Below, piece after piece: positions 1 to 7,466 of a stretch of DNA of 12,578 nucleotides. The stretch covers positions 1 to 12,578 of the forward strand of contig JBIKLL010000077.1 in the NCBI GenBank assembly GCA_044359815.1, in the 5' to 3' direction. The notes under the pieces are model-generated. The model did not search any database. It was given only the letters and a program-made list of their open reading frames with translations, and was not told the origin of the DNA. Position 1 is the stretch's first letter; every line of letters begins with the position of its first letter. The stretch is from Pseudobdellovibrionaceae bacterium. GTDB taxonomy: Bacteria; Bdellovibrionota; Bdellovibrionia; Bdellovibrionales; Bdellovibrionaceae. Position numbers and translations under genes: made by a program.

Positions 1-33
1 GGGCACAGCCCGAGCAGAGAAGCAGGAGATGTG
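1..33 (-). repeat. Partial second copy (cut by window edge) of the GC-rich hairpin core at 11832-11886
   Basis: Reverse complement of 1-33 (cacatctcctgcttctctgctcgggctgtgccc) matches 11832-11864 (cacagctcctgcttctccgctcgagcggtgctc) at 28/33, ungapped, including a perfect 12-mer ctcctgcttctc. Confidence 0.85.
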
Positions 34-106
34 TTATTTTTAAATAAAATAATATAATTAGAGTTTTGAAATTCAAAATCAGCAACGTAGAAAGAGTTCT
101 GCTGGA

Positions 107-2233
107 TCACTTCTGCCATTGATGAAATCGTTTTAGTAAATCCATAATCCAGGGTTTGGTTTGGCTGCGTTTCCAGACGCCGGCCGCGTATTTGTTGCCC
201 TCGGGATAGGTTGGATAGATATGAATGGTTCCCAAAATTTTATTGAGCCCTATGCCGTATTTCATGGCCAAAATAAATTCTGAAATCATGCTGCTTGCTT
301 GCGAACCAACTATTGTAGCCCCTAAAATTTTATCACTGCCTTGGGCCGTTAGAACTTTAACAAACCCATAGGCTTCGCCGTCAGCAATGGCTCGATCTAA
401 ATCATTCAGGTCGTATTTTGTAACAGTGAAGGGGATATTTTTTGCCAGAGCCTCAGTTTCACTGAATCCCACACGGGCGACTTCGGGGTCCGTGAAGGTG
501 CACCAGGGGATCACTCTGTAATCGACTTTGAATTTTTTCAGCTTACCAAACAAGGCATTCACCGCACAAAACCAAGCTTGATGTGAAGCCACATGTGTCA
601 ATTGATAGGGACCTACGCAGTCACCGCAGGCATAAATATTAGGAAACCGTGTTTGCAAATACTCATTCACTTTAAATGTGCCAGCGGCCGTGGTTTCAAT
701 GCCCAGTTTTTCCAGTCCAAATCCTTGGGTATTTGCAGATCTGCCTGTGGCAAATAAAATTTGATCAGCAGTGACGGATTTACCTGATTTTAAACTGAGG
801 GATTTTTGTGAGCCTTCTTGCTTAAATCCACTGACGGATTCAGACAGCAAAATATTTATCCCTTGATGCTTAAAGTGGCTAGAAACCTCCATCGAAACAT
901 CGGGGTCTTCCTTGGGCATAATCCTGGATTCGTCCTGCACAATCGTGACCTGGGATCCCAGCCTGGAAAAGGCTTGGGCTAATTCGCAACCAATGGCGCC
1001 TGCACCCACCACAATTAATTTTTTGGGAATTTCAGTCAGGCTCCACAGGGTATCGCTGGTTAAAACATCTGAATCCTTCATGCCGGTAATTTTGGGCAGT
1101 CGTGGTCTGGCCCCTGTGGCTAAAATAATGTTTCTGGCTGAAAAAACTTTTCCATCGACCTGAACCTGCCAGGGCGAAATCAATTGGGCTGAACCCATCA
1201 AACACTCAACGCCCAAGCCTTGGTATCTGCTGACAGAATCGTGGGGTTCGATTTCAGAAATAACTTTGTGAACCCTTTGCATCACTTTTGCAAAATTAAT
1301 TTCAATGCCTTTTGTGGTTATCCCAAAATCTTCAGATTTAGAAATCAGATTTGAAACTTTGGCTGATTTAATCAGAGCTTTGCTGGGGACGCAGCCAGTG
1401 TTTAAACAATCACCGCCCATTTTGTGTTTTTCAATCAGCAGAACCTTTGCCTTAACCGCAGCGGCTATATAGGCTGACACTAATCCAGCCGAGCCAGCAC
1501 CGATGACAATCACATTGTAATCAAAATTTTTAGGTTTTTTGAATCCCGAATAAACCCGCAGATTTTGAATTTTGGATATAAAGGATTTTGCAATCCACGG
1601 CAGCAGTCCCAACATTACAAAAGATCCCAGAATTTCAGGACTGACAATGCCAGAGAGTGACTGCAGATTGCCCAACTGAGTACCGGCATTAACATAAACA
1701 ACTGTCCCCGCCAGCATTCCCAACTGGCTAACCCAAAAAAATGTAATCACCCTGATGTTTGTTAATCCCATCAGCAGATTGATTAAAAAAAATGGAAACA
1801 CCGGGATCAATCGCAGACTGAATAAATAAAAAGCTCCATTGCGAATAAGCTCTTCATTTATATTTGCCAGTTTTGAGCCAAATCGCTGACTGACCCAATC
1901 CCTGAAAATATATCTGGAAACCATAAAGGCAATCGTCGCACCCAAGGTGCTGGCAAAACTGACCATTACAATCCCTATCAAATTTCCAAACAAGGCTCCG
2001 GCTAAAACTGTCAGTAGTGTGGCTCCGGGTAAAGACAAAGCCACCGACAGCACATAAATTCCAAAAAAAGCACTCAAACACAGTACCGGATAGTTTTGAT
2101 AATATTCATCAAACAAATTTTTCTGAGATTTTATAAAATCCAGATTTAAATACTGAGTCAGGTTGAAATAATAAATCAAAACAAACACTGATCCCAAAAC
2201 CGACAAAAAAATTAATTTTTTAAAGTTTTTCAT
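107..2233 (-). CDS. VTT/TVP38 (DedA/SNARE-associated) membrane domain fused to a class-I pyridine nucleotide-disulfide oxidoreductase (MerA/Lpd-like)
   Basis: N-terminal ~230 aa is hydrophobic with LSLPGA..GALFG and LRLIPVFPFFLIN VTT motifs. Then GAGSAG FAD motif, GGDCLNTGCVPSK redox disulfide, GAGAIG nucleotide-binding motif and C-terminal HIYPTYPE. ATG at 2233 preferred over the TTG at 2263 used in the ORF track. Confidence 0.9.
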   Translation of the reverse strand: MKNFKKLIFLSVLGSVFVLIYYFNLTQYLNLDFIKSQKNLFDEYYQNYPVLCLSAFFGIYVLSVALSLPGATLLTVLAGALFGNLIGIVMVSFASTLGATIAFMVSRYIFRDWVSQRFGSKLANINEELIRNGAFYLFSLRLIPVFPFFLINLLMGLTNIRVITFFWVSQLGMLAGTVVYVNAGTQLGNLQSLSGIVSPEILGSFVMLGLLPWIAKSFISKIQNLRVYSGFKKPKNFDYNVIVIGAGSAGLVSAYIAAAVKAKVLLIEKHKMGGDCLNTGCVPSKALIKSAKVSNLISKSEDFGITTKGIEINFAKVMQRVHKVISEIEPHDSVSRYQGLGVECLMGSAQLISPWQVQVDGKVFSARNIILATGARPRLPKITGMKDSDVLTSDTLWSLTEIPKKLIVVGAGAIGCELAQAFSRLGSQVTIVQDESRIMPKEDPDVSMEVSSHFKHQGINILLSESVSGFKQEGSQKSLSLKSGKSVTADQILFATGRSANTQGFGLEKLGIETTAAGTFKVNEYLQTRFPNIYACGDCVGPYQLTHVASHQAWFCAVNALFGKLKKFKVDYRVIPWCTFTDPEVARVGFSETEALAKNIPFTVTKYDLNDLDRAIADGEAYGFVKVLTAQGSDKILGATIVGSQASSMISEFILAMKYGIGLNKILGTIHIYPTYPEGNKYAAGVWKRSQTKPWIMDLLKRFHQWQK

Positions 2234-2274
2234 ATTTTGGACTTTCTGAGTGTTGGTTTGCAAACATAAGGGTA

Positions 2275-2823
2275 TCAGTCAGTGGTTTCGTTAATGGGAA
2301 ACAAATAGGTCGTAATAAATCCTTGATCAGCATTAACTTGATAAATTTCGATGACCTCACCTGTAAACGGCAGTCTGCGTTCTTGAATCAGCTCCATGGC
2401 CTTGGGATAAACTTTGTAGGGACTGACAGAGGGCGATCCCAAAAACACAGCTTTCACATAATTTTGTTTTGGACGACTGATCATTTTGAACTGCGCTGGT
2501 ACTTCAGTTATCGGCTGATCGATCACGCAACCGACCAGGCTTCGCAGCCTGACTTCTTCGACTTTTTCTGGATCATCCAAAAACATTCCAAAGGTTTTTG
2601 GACAATTGATTTTGTTTTCTTTGGCAAATTTTTCGACTACCAATATGGAATCCAGGATTTTATGGTAGGGCCCCAAATTTTCAATAGCCAATAAATAAAT
2701 ATTATCGACTGGTTCATAGCTGATCTGTACAGGTTTAAAAATCCCCAGATGCATTAACAGATACACCACAAAACCAATAAACGATGCTATTACTGCAAGT
2801 ATTAAATATTTTATCGAGCCCAT
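2275..2823 (-). CDS. Membrane-anchored GyrI-like small-molecule-binding domain protein
   Basis: N-terminal TM helix, then GPY, FGMFLDDP..V....LRSLVGC and EIY motifs typical of the GyrI-like fold. Overlaps the upstream gene by 13 nt. Confidence 0.7.
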   Translation of the reverse strand: MGSIKYLILAVIASFIGFVVYLLMHLGIFKPVQISYEPVDNIYLLAIENLGPYHKILDSILVVEKFAKENKINCPKTFGMFLDDPEKVEEVRLRSLVGCVIDQPITEVPAQFKMISRPKQNYVKAVFLGSPSVSPYKVYPKAMELIQERRLPFTGEVIEIYQVNADQGFITTYLFPINETTD

Positions 2824-3362
2824 TTGATACTGCAGCCCATGGAAGGTGTTTCTTTGAAACCGATTTTTTGACGGTTTTTCAATGCCAAAGCGGCTTCATA
2901 CAGTTCGCGCTTTTTGACCTGGGATGGATCTTTCCAAGAATCATCCAGACGGCCACGGTATTGCAGACGCAAATCATGATCAAACAGAAAAAAATCCGGA
3001 GTACAGACAGCGCCAAAATCCTGAGCTGTTTTTTGAGTTTCGTCATGCAGATAGGGAAACAAATATTTTTTTTGATTCCAGCGCTTTTGCAGATTTTCAA
3101 AACTGTCTTCGGGGTAGCCATTGGGGTCGTTAGAACAGATTCCAATCGTGTTCACAGACTGCAGCTTTAAATCAGCGGCTAATTGTATCAACCGGTCTTC
3201 GATGGCTTTTACGTAGGGACAGTGATTGCATATAAACATAACCAACAGGGGTTGATTGTTTTTAAAATCTTTCAGCGAATAAGATTTTCCGTCCATGGCC
3301 TTGAGGTTAAAATCAGGACAAACAAAATTGCTGTCAGGTCCCGGAGTGTGAGTCAGTGCCAT
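2811..3362 (-). CDS. Thioredoxin-family protein (AhpC/TSA, peroxiredoxin-like)
   Basis: FICNHCPYV CxxC motif, FPYLHDETQ, GAVCTPDFF, YRGRLDD and C-terminal GCSIKW, all characteristic of this family. Confidence 0.92.
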   Translation of the reverse strand: MALTHTPGPDSNFVCPDFNLKAMDGKSYSLKDFKNNQPLLVMFICNHCPYVKAIEDRLIQLAADLKLQSVNTIGICSNDPNGYPEDSFENLQKRWNQKKYLFPYLHDETQKTAQDFGAVCTPDFFLFDHDLRLQYRGRLDDSWKDPSQVKKRELYEAALALKNRQKIGFKETPSMGCSIKWAR

Positions 3363-3365
3363 ATA

Positions 3366-4043
3366 TTATAAATCCATCCAATTTAAAATTTTGTTATCCA
3401 TCTGCAAACTGGCATCGGGCAAAACGGCTGTCAGATTTTTAAAGTCAGAATGCTTTTTAATCGCAAAAAATAAATCTTTGCATTGAGAGTCCGATAAAGG
3501 TGTTTCTGGTTTTAGGGCTGATAATTGTTTCCACCAGACATCTAAAAAAATTCTCCATTTATCGGCGTTTACAGTGGTGTGGTTTTGCAAACACCCAGCA
3601 TGATCCACTGGGGCTGCTTGCATCACATTGATGCCAATGCCAATCAAAGTGTGACAATGGTTTTGCACAATGTTTTCGATCAAGATCCCGGCAATTTTTT
3701 TATTGCCGATCCAAATGTCGTTCGGTGGTTTCACGGTCAGATCCAAATCCGGAAAAGCTTTTTCCAATGCCGTTAACAAACACCAGCCTACTTTTGCAGA
3801 AAAATTTAAACTGACTGGAACATCAAAATTTAGGGTCCATGTGGCCATCAAGGCTGAACCCGATTTGGGATTTGTCCAAGTACGGTCAAAGCGGCCCTTG
3901 CCACTGGATTGTTGATCAGCCACTGTTAATCGAGTGTCTAAATTTTGTTTTGCATAGGACTGTGTGGAATCCATCTGATTTGCAAAATGAGATTTAATAG
4001 ATAAATTTTGAGCCCAAGTTTTTGTTTCGTTAAATATATTCAT
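3366..4043 (-). CDS. birA: Biotin--[acetyl-CoA-carboxylase] ligase, monofunctional (no N-terminal HTH)
   Basis: DSTQ, QQSSGKGRFDRTW (GRGR..R.W-like), KPPND (KWPND-like), KIAGILIE and IGIGINV motifs; adjacent to nadC. Confidence 0.88.
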   Translation of the reverse strand: MNIFNETKTWAQNLSIKSHFANQMDSTQSYAKQNLDTRLTVADQQSSGKGRFDRTWTNPKSGSALMATWTLNFDVPVSLNFSAKVGWCLLTALEKAFPDLDLTVKPPNDIWIGNKKIAGILIENIVQNHCHTLIGIGINVMQAAPVDHAGCLQNHTTVNADKWRIFLDVWWKQLSALKPETPLSDSQCKDLFFAIKKHSDFKNLTAVLPDASLQMDNKILNWMDL

Positions 4044-4053
4044 GGACCTATTG

Positions 4054-4887
4054 TTAATTGGAACTCAGATGCCAGTCAAAGAGCATCGACATGTCGGCAC
4101 TTGGCGCCGAATGAGTCAGCGCACCCACAGAAATAAAATCCACACCCAATTCGGCTACAGACTCCACACGGTCGATGGTCATGTTGCCACTGGCTTCGAC
4201 CTCTATGGAATCAGGGATCATGTCCAAGGCAGATTTCAGCATTTCGTTATTCATGTTGTCCAACAGGATGCGATTAGCCCCCAGGATCACACATTCATTG
4301 ACCTCTTCCAGAGTCCCGGCTTCTATCTCAATCGGTAAGTCGCAGTTTTCGCGGATGCGTTTCACCGCTTTTGAGATCCCACCCATAACAGCAATGTGAT
4401 TGTCCTTGATCAAAATCGCTTGGCTCAGATTCATGCGGTGGTTTTTACCGCCGCCATGTTGGACTGCGCGTTTTTCGATTTCACGATACCCTGGGGTGGT
4501 TTTGCGGGTGTCCAAAATAATTGTGTTATAGCGGATGACTTTTTCAACAAAGGATCTGGTCATGGTGGCGATGCCTGATAGGTGCTGCATAAAATTTAAA
4601 GCCACTCGTTCTGCTTTTAATATTTGAATCAGATCGCCTTGGATGGTGCAGATATTTTGGTTTTTTAAAACCTTGGAGCCATCATCAAAATGCCATTTGA
4701 TTTTGGATTGTTGTTCCAGCAAATGCACAGTTTGTTCAAAAACAGCCGTGCCACTTAAAATCAAATCCTGTTTTGCCATGACTCTGGCTTTGCCAAATCT
4801 TGGTGGTAAGGCCAACGATTCGGTAGTCAAATCGCCAGTTGGCATGTCCTCTTTCAAGGCAGCTTTAATCAGTTCAGATAAAATCAT
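4054..4887 (-). CDS. nadC: Nicotinate-nucleotide diphosphorylase (carboxylating) / quinolinate phosphoribosyltransferase
   Basis: ALKED..GDLTT, ERVALN, LDTRKTTPG, NHRMNL, LIKDNH, ILLDNM, EASGN and ISVGALTHS. The start overlaps the upstream stop (ATGA). Confidence 0.97.
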   Translation of the reverse strand: MILSELIKAALKEDMPTGDLTTESLALPPRFGKARVMAKQDLILSGTAVFEQTVHLLEQQSKIKWHFDDGSKVLKNQNICTIQGDLIQILKAERVALNFMQHLSGIATMTRSFVEKVIRYNTIILDTRKTTPGYREIEKRAVQHGGGKNHRMNLSQAILIKDNHIAVMGGISKAVKRIRENCDLPIEIEAGTLEEVNECVILGANRILLDNMNNEMLKSALDMIPDSIEVEASGNMTIDRVESVAELGVDFISVGALTHSAPSADMSMLFDWHLSSN

Positions 4888-5846
4888 GGCGCATGATCGT
4901 CTTCTTGCATCAGGCGGTCAATTTCATCTTGAATAACACGCTCTGCGATATTGGGAATGATTTTCCATGCAATGTCCCTGATCACTCGGTGAATTTCTTC
5001 GCGCATAATTTCTTCGATTTTTTCAGTTTGAATGTATGAACTCATATCAGCAAAGCCTTGTTCTGATTTGCGAGGACGGTCTTCGTTTTTGCTGACAGGT
5101 CTTGCCGATGGCTTAACACTGCTGACAGGGACTTCCTCGGCCCCAGAGGACAGCATTATGGAGTTGCTAGAGATATCACCATTTAGCATTTCTGACAGTT
5201 CAACATCATCAGGTAGGGGATTAATCTTAACCTTGGACAAATCAGTTGATGACCAAGATTCAGATTCAGAATCACGAGCTTCGCGAACAGCGGGCTTCTG
5301 AGATTTTTTATTTTTTGGCAATGGCACTTGCTGAAAATCTTCGGGGTCTTCCAGATCCATGCTGGCCGCCGGAGAATTTTTGGAATCACCCTTGCCCTTG
5401 GCAATGGCTTCATCAGGACCCGGAATAATATCTGGCAGTTTTGGAAAGCTCAGATAATTTGAAATTTCATTGTCTTTAACTGAAGGAACATATTTTTTAA
5501 CTAAGGATCTTAGTGTTTCAGCATCAAAAGGTTTTTCCAGTCTGTCATTGGCTTTGCACGATTTGAACTTGGCTTCGTCCAATTCCATAAAGCCACTCCA
5601 CATCAAAACTACGGGAATGGATTTCAACAAATTGTCTTTTTTAAGGTCATCACAAACATCATAACCTGATCGTTTGGACAGCAGCACATCGGCAAAAACT
5701 ATATTAGGTTTGAAACTTTGAGCCACAGACAGAACATCTAAACCCACTGGAACCGCTTTGACCTCGACGCCAAAATCCTGCAATGCTAACTGCATCACTT
5801 TTTTAATATTTGTGCTTTCATCAGCCAATAAGACGCGAAGGGCCAT
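4884..5846 (-). CDS. romR: RomR-like response regulator (receiver domain, low-complexity linker, conserved C-terminal helix)
   Basis: Receiver domain VLLADES..IVFADVLL..KPF, an acidic Pro/Ser-rich linker, and C-terminal VIRDIAWKIIPNIAERVIQDEIDRL resembling the RomR C-terminus of Myxococcus/Bdellovibrio. Start taken at MALRVLL (ATG 5846). Confidence 0.75.
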   Translation of the reverse strand: MALRVLLADESTNIKKVMQLALQDFGVEVKAVPVGLDVLSVAQSFKPNIVFADVLLSKRSGYDVCDDLKKDNLLKSIPVVLMWSGFMELDEAKFKSCKANDRLEKPFDAETLRSLVKKYVPSVKDNEISNYLSFPKLPDIIPGPDEAIAKGKGDSKNSPAASMDLEDPEDFQQVPLPKNKKSQKPAVREARDSESESWSSTDLSKVKINPLPDDVELSEMLNGDISSNSIMLSSGAEEVPVSSVKPSARPVSKNEDRPRKSEQGFADMSSYIQTEKIEEIMREEIHRVIRDIAWKIIPNIAERVIQDEIDRLMQEDDHAP

Positions 5847-5895
5847 GCTGTCAGTACACATGCTTTTATTTATGGAGTCAAGATAGAATCAAGTC
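5847..5895. promoter_or_regulatory. Compact divergent promoter region between romR and the LptF/LptG gene
   Basis: Only 49 bp between the two ATGs. Plus strand: TAGAAT (5884-5889) 6 nt before ATG 5896. Minus strand: TTGACT (5881-5876), 17 nt, TGTACT (5858-5853), 6 nt before ATG 5846. Confidence 0.45.
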
Positions 5896-6984
5896 ATGCT
5901 TGGAACAAAAATTGACCGCTACCTTTCAAAATTGTTTTTCGGATTTTTTATTGGTGGTTTATTGGTGTTTGTGACCTTGTTTTTGGCCGTCGACGCATTG
6001 TCGACAATGGTTTCATACCAAGGGGTGCCAGCCATTTCGTTCATCCAATATTATGCCTATCTGTTTCCAGACATCGTGTACAAGATGGTGCCAGTGGCCT
6101 GTGTGATTGCCACGGTTTTTACCCTATCAACAATCAACAAAACCAATGAACTGATCGCCCTGCAAAGTGTGGGTTTTAGTTTAGTCCGAGTTTGCTATCC
6201 CATAGTTTTTTGGATCTGTGTCCTGTGTTTTTTAAATTTATTTTTAAGCGATAGGGTGATTCCCAATTTCACCAAGATGAAAAATTTTATTTTTTATCAC
6301 GAAATTGCAAAAAACCCTTCGATGTTTTCGATAGTTAAAAATGAAAGGATTTGGTACAGGTCCCACGACAAAATTTTTAATATCAAAACACTGAATGAAA
6401 AGAGCAATAAAGCGCAGGGTTTGACGCTTTATTATTTTAACGAAAATTGGGATTTGATCCAGATGATGACGGCCACCGAGGTCGAAATCAAAGAAAGCAC
6501 CTGGGAGCTGATTAATGGATCGGTCACCATATTTACCGAGGATTCCAGCTTTCCGCAGACCAGCGAATTCAAAACAAAAACCATTCCCATCGAAAAAGAC
6601 ACCAAAGATTTAGCTTCTTCTGGCAACACCTCGGACATGCTGAGCATTGGTGAGCTTTATCATTTTATTAAAACCAATCGTGAGGCCGGTCTGGACACAG
6701 TCAGGTACGAAGTGGATTTTCATTCAAAATTTGGATTTGCCTTAGCTCCGTTTATTATGGGCTTGTTAGGAATTCCGTTTAGCGTGACCCGGGGTCGATC
6801 GGGCGGCTTAAAGCTGAATTTGAGTATATGCTTGGGGCTGATTTTGCTGTATTGGATCAGCTATTCGTCATCGATTACCTTGGGCAATTATCGACAGATA
6901 CCACCCATGCTATCGGCATGGCTTCCCAATCTGATCAACCTGGCTCTGGCCGTATTTCTGATCCGCAAAAAAATCCAAGTCTGA
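5896..6984 (+). CDS. lptG: LPS export ABC transporter permease, LptF/LptG family (probably LptG)
   Basis: IDRYL N-terminus, NELIALQSVGFSL motif, three TM helices, a periplasmic domain (IWYR..), three more TM helices, and a C-terminal LG....PPMLSAWLPN. Confidence 0.75.
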   Translation: MLGTKIDRYLSKLFFGFFIGGLLVFVTLFLAVDALSTMVSYQGVPAISFIQYYAYLFPDIVYKMVPVACVIATVFTLSTINKTNELIALQSVGFSLVRVCYPIVFWICVLCFLNLFLSDRVIPNFTKMKNFIFYHEIAKNPSMFSIVKNERIWYRSHDKIFNIKTLNEKSNKAQGLTLYYFNENWDLIQMMTATEVEIKESTWELINGSVTIFTEDSSFPQTSEFKTKTIPIEKDTKDLASSGNTSDMLSIGELYHFIKTNREAGLDTVRYEVDFHSKFGFALAPFIMGLLGIPFSVTRGRSGGLKLNLSICLGLILLYWISYSSSITLGNYRQIPPMLSAWLPNLINLALAVFLIRKKIQV

Positions 6985-6989
6985 ACCGA

Positions 6990-7395
6990 GCCTGCGGTTA
7001 TTATGAACTTTAAAAAATATTTCTATGATTTTACACCTTGAGAATACATTTGCGAGCGCGACGGTTAATTTATCGCCGCATATCTCGTGATGCGTAAATG
7101 CAAAGATAATTTTTTTCACTATTTTTAGACACTCGCTAACGGCCGCGGGCTCATCTCTCGTATTGAGTCATTTAGACTAATCACTTTTACGATTAATAAA
7201 TTATCTTAAACCTGATTAGTCTAAATGACTCAACACCAGATATGCCCCGCGCGCTCGCTGAATGTGTCTAAAAACAGTAAAAACAAATTATCTTTCCATT
7301 TATGCAATACGAGAGATGAGCTTGCGGCCGTTAGCAAGTATTCTCAAGGTGTAAAATCATAGAAATATTTTTTAAAGTTCATAATAACCCCAGGC
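6990..7395. repeat. Nested multi-arm inverted-repeat (fold-back) element
   Basis: Arm A 6990-7047 / 7338-7395 (57/58 complementary); arm B 7091-7132 / 7264-7306 (38/43); arm C 7163-7183 / 7213-7233 (21/21). Motif Y 7131-7165 / 7305-7339 (32/35, inverted); motif X ~7046-7092 / 7231-7265 (inverted, variable middle). Confidence 0.95.
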
Positions 7396-7451
7396 AAGTG
7401 GGCCGATTGTTGATGTTTTTTTAAATCGGGCTGGCTCCTGCGGGCGTAATC

Positions 7452-7460
7452 TGATAGGAT
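7452..7460 (+). promoter_or_regulatory. Extended -10 element (TGnTAGGAT) or Shine-Dalgarno-like AGGA upstream of def
   Basis: tgataggat at 7452-7460, followed by 6 nt and ATG 7467. Confidence 0.4.
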
Positions 7461-7466
7461 GCCCCT

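Noticed and set aside
64..104. Short palindromes (ttttgaa-a-ttcaaaa; cagca...tgctg) as a terminator for the minus-strand operon
   Set aside because: Weak or AT-only stems without a properly placed U-tract; the region is better explained as the flank of the element at 1-33.
107..2233. Calling the oxidoreductase merA or lpdA
   Set aside because: No C-terminal Cys-Cys or mer operon; Tyr replaces the Lpd catalytic His, and there are no 2-oxoacid dehydrogenase genes nearby.
2805..2840. Peptide echo MGCSIKW (end of thioredoxin-fold gene) / MGSIKY (start of overlapping GyrI-like gene)
   Set aside because: Only 7 nt (atgggct) are repeated and GCSIKW is a family motif; most likely coincidence.
7003..7041. 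12-codon ORF MNFKKYFYDFTP in arm A, mirrored in arm A'
   Set aside because: No RBS and very short; its duplication is just a consequence of the inverted repeat.
6910..7119. 69-aa minus-strand ORF across the fold-back element
   Set aside because: Overlaps lptG antisense, lies in repeat DNA and shows no protein features.
7184..7211. dif-like site (ttatcttaaac resembles the XerD arm TTATGTTAAAT)
   Set aside because: No credible XerC arm at 6-bp spacing; likely an AT-rich coincidence.
7134..7336. gctaac ... gttagc resembling integron attC core sites
   Set aside because: The span is ~200 nt, longer than typical attC sites; there are no cassette-like ORFs or integrase, and the flanking genes are housekeeping.
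7046..7339. X and Y motifs (~35 nt) separated by ~40-nt AT-rich stretches as a CRISPR array
   Set aside because: The copies are inverted rather than direct, the 'spacers' are complementary to each other, and there are no cas genes in the window.
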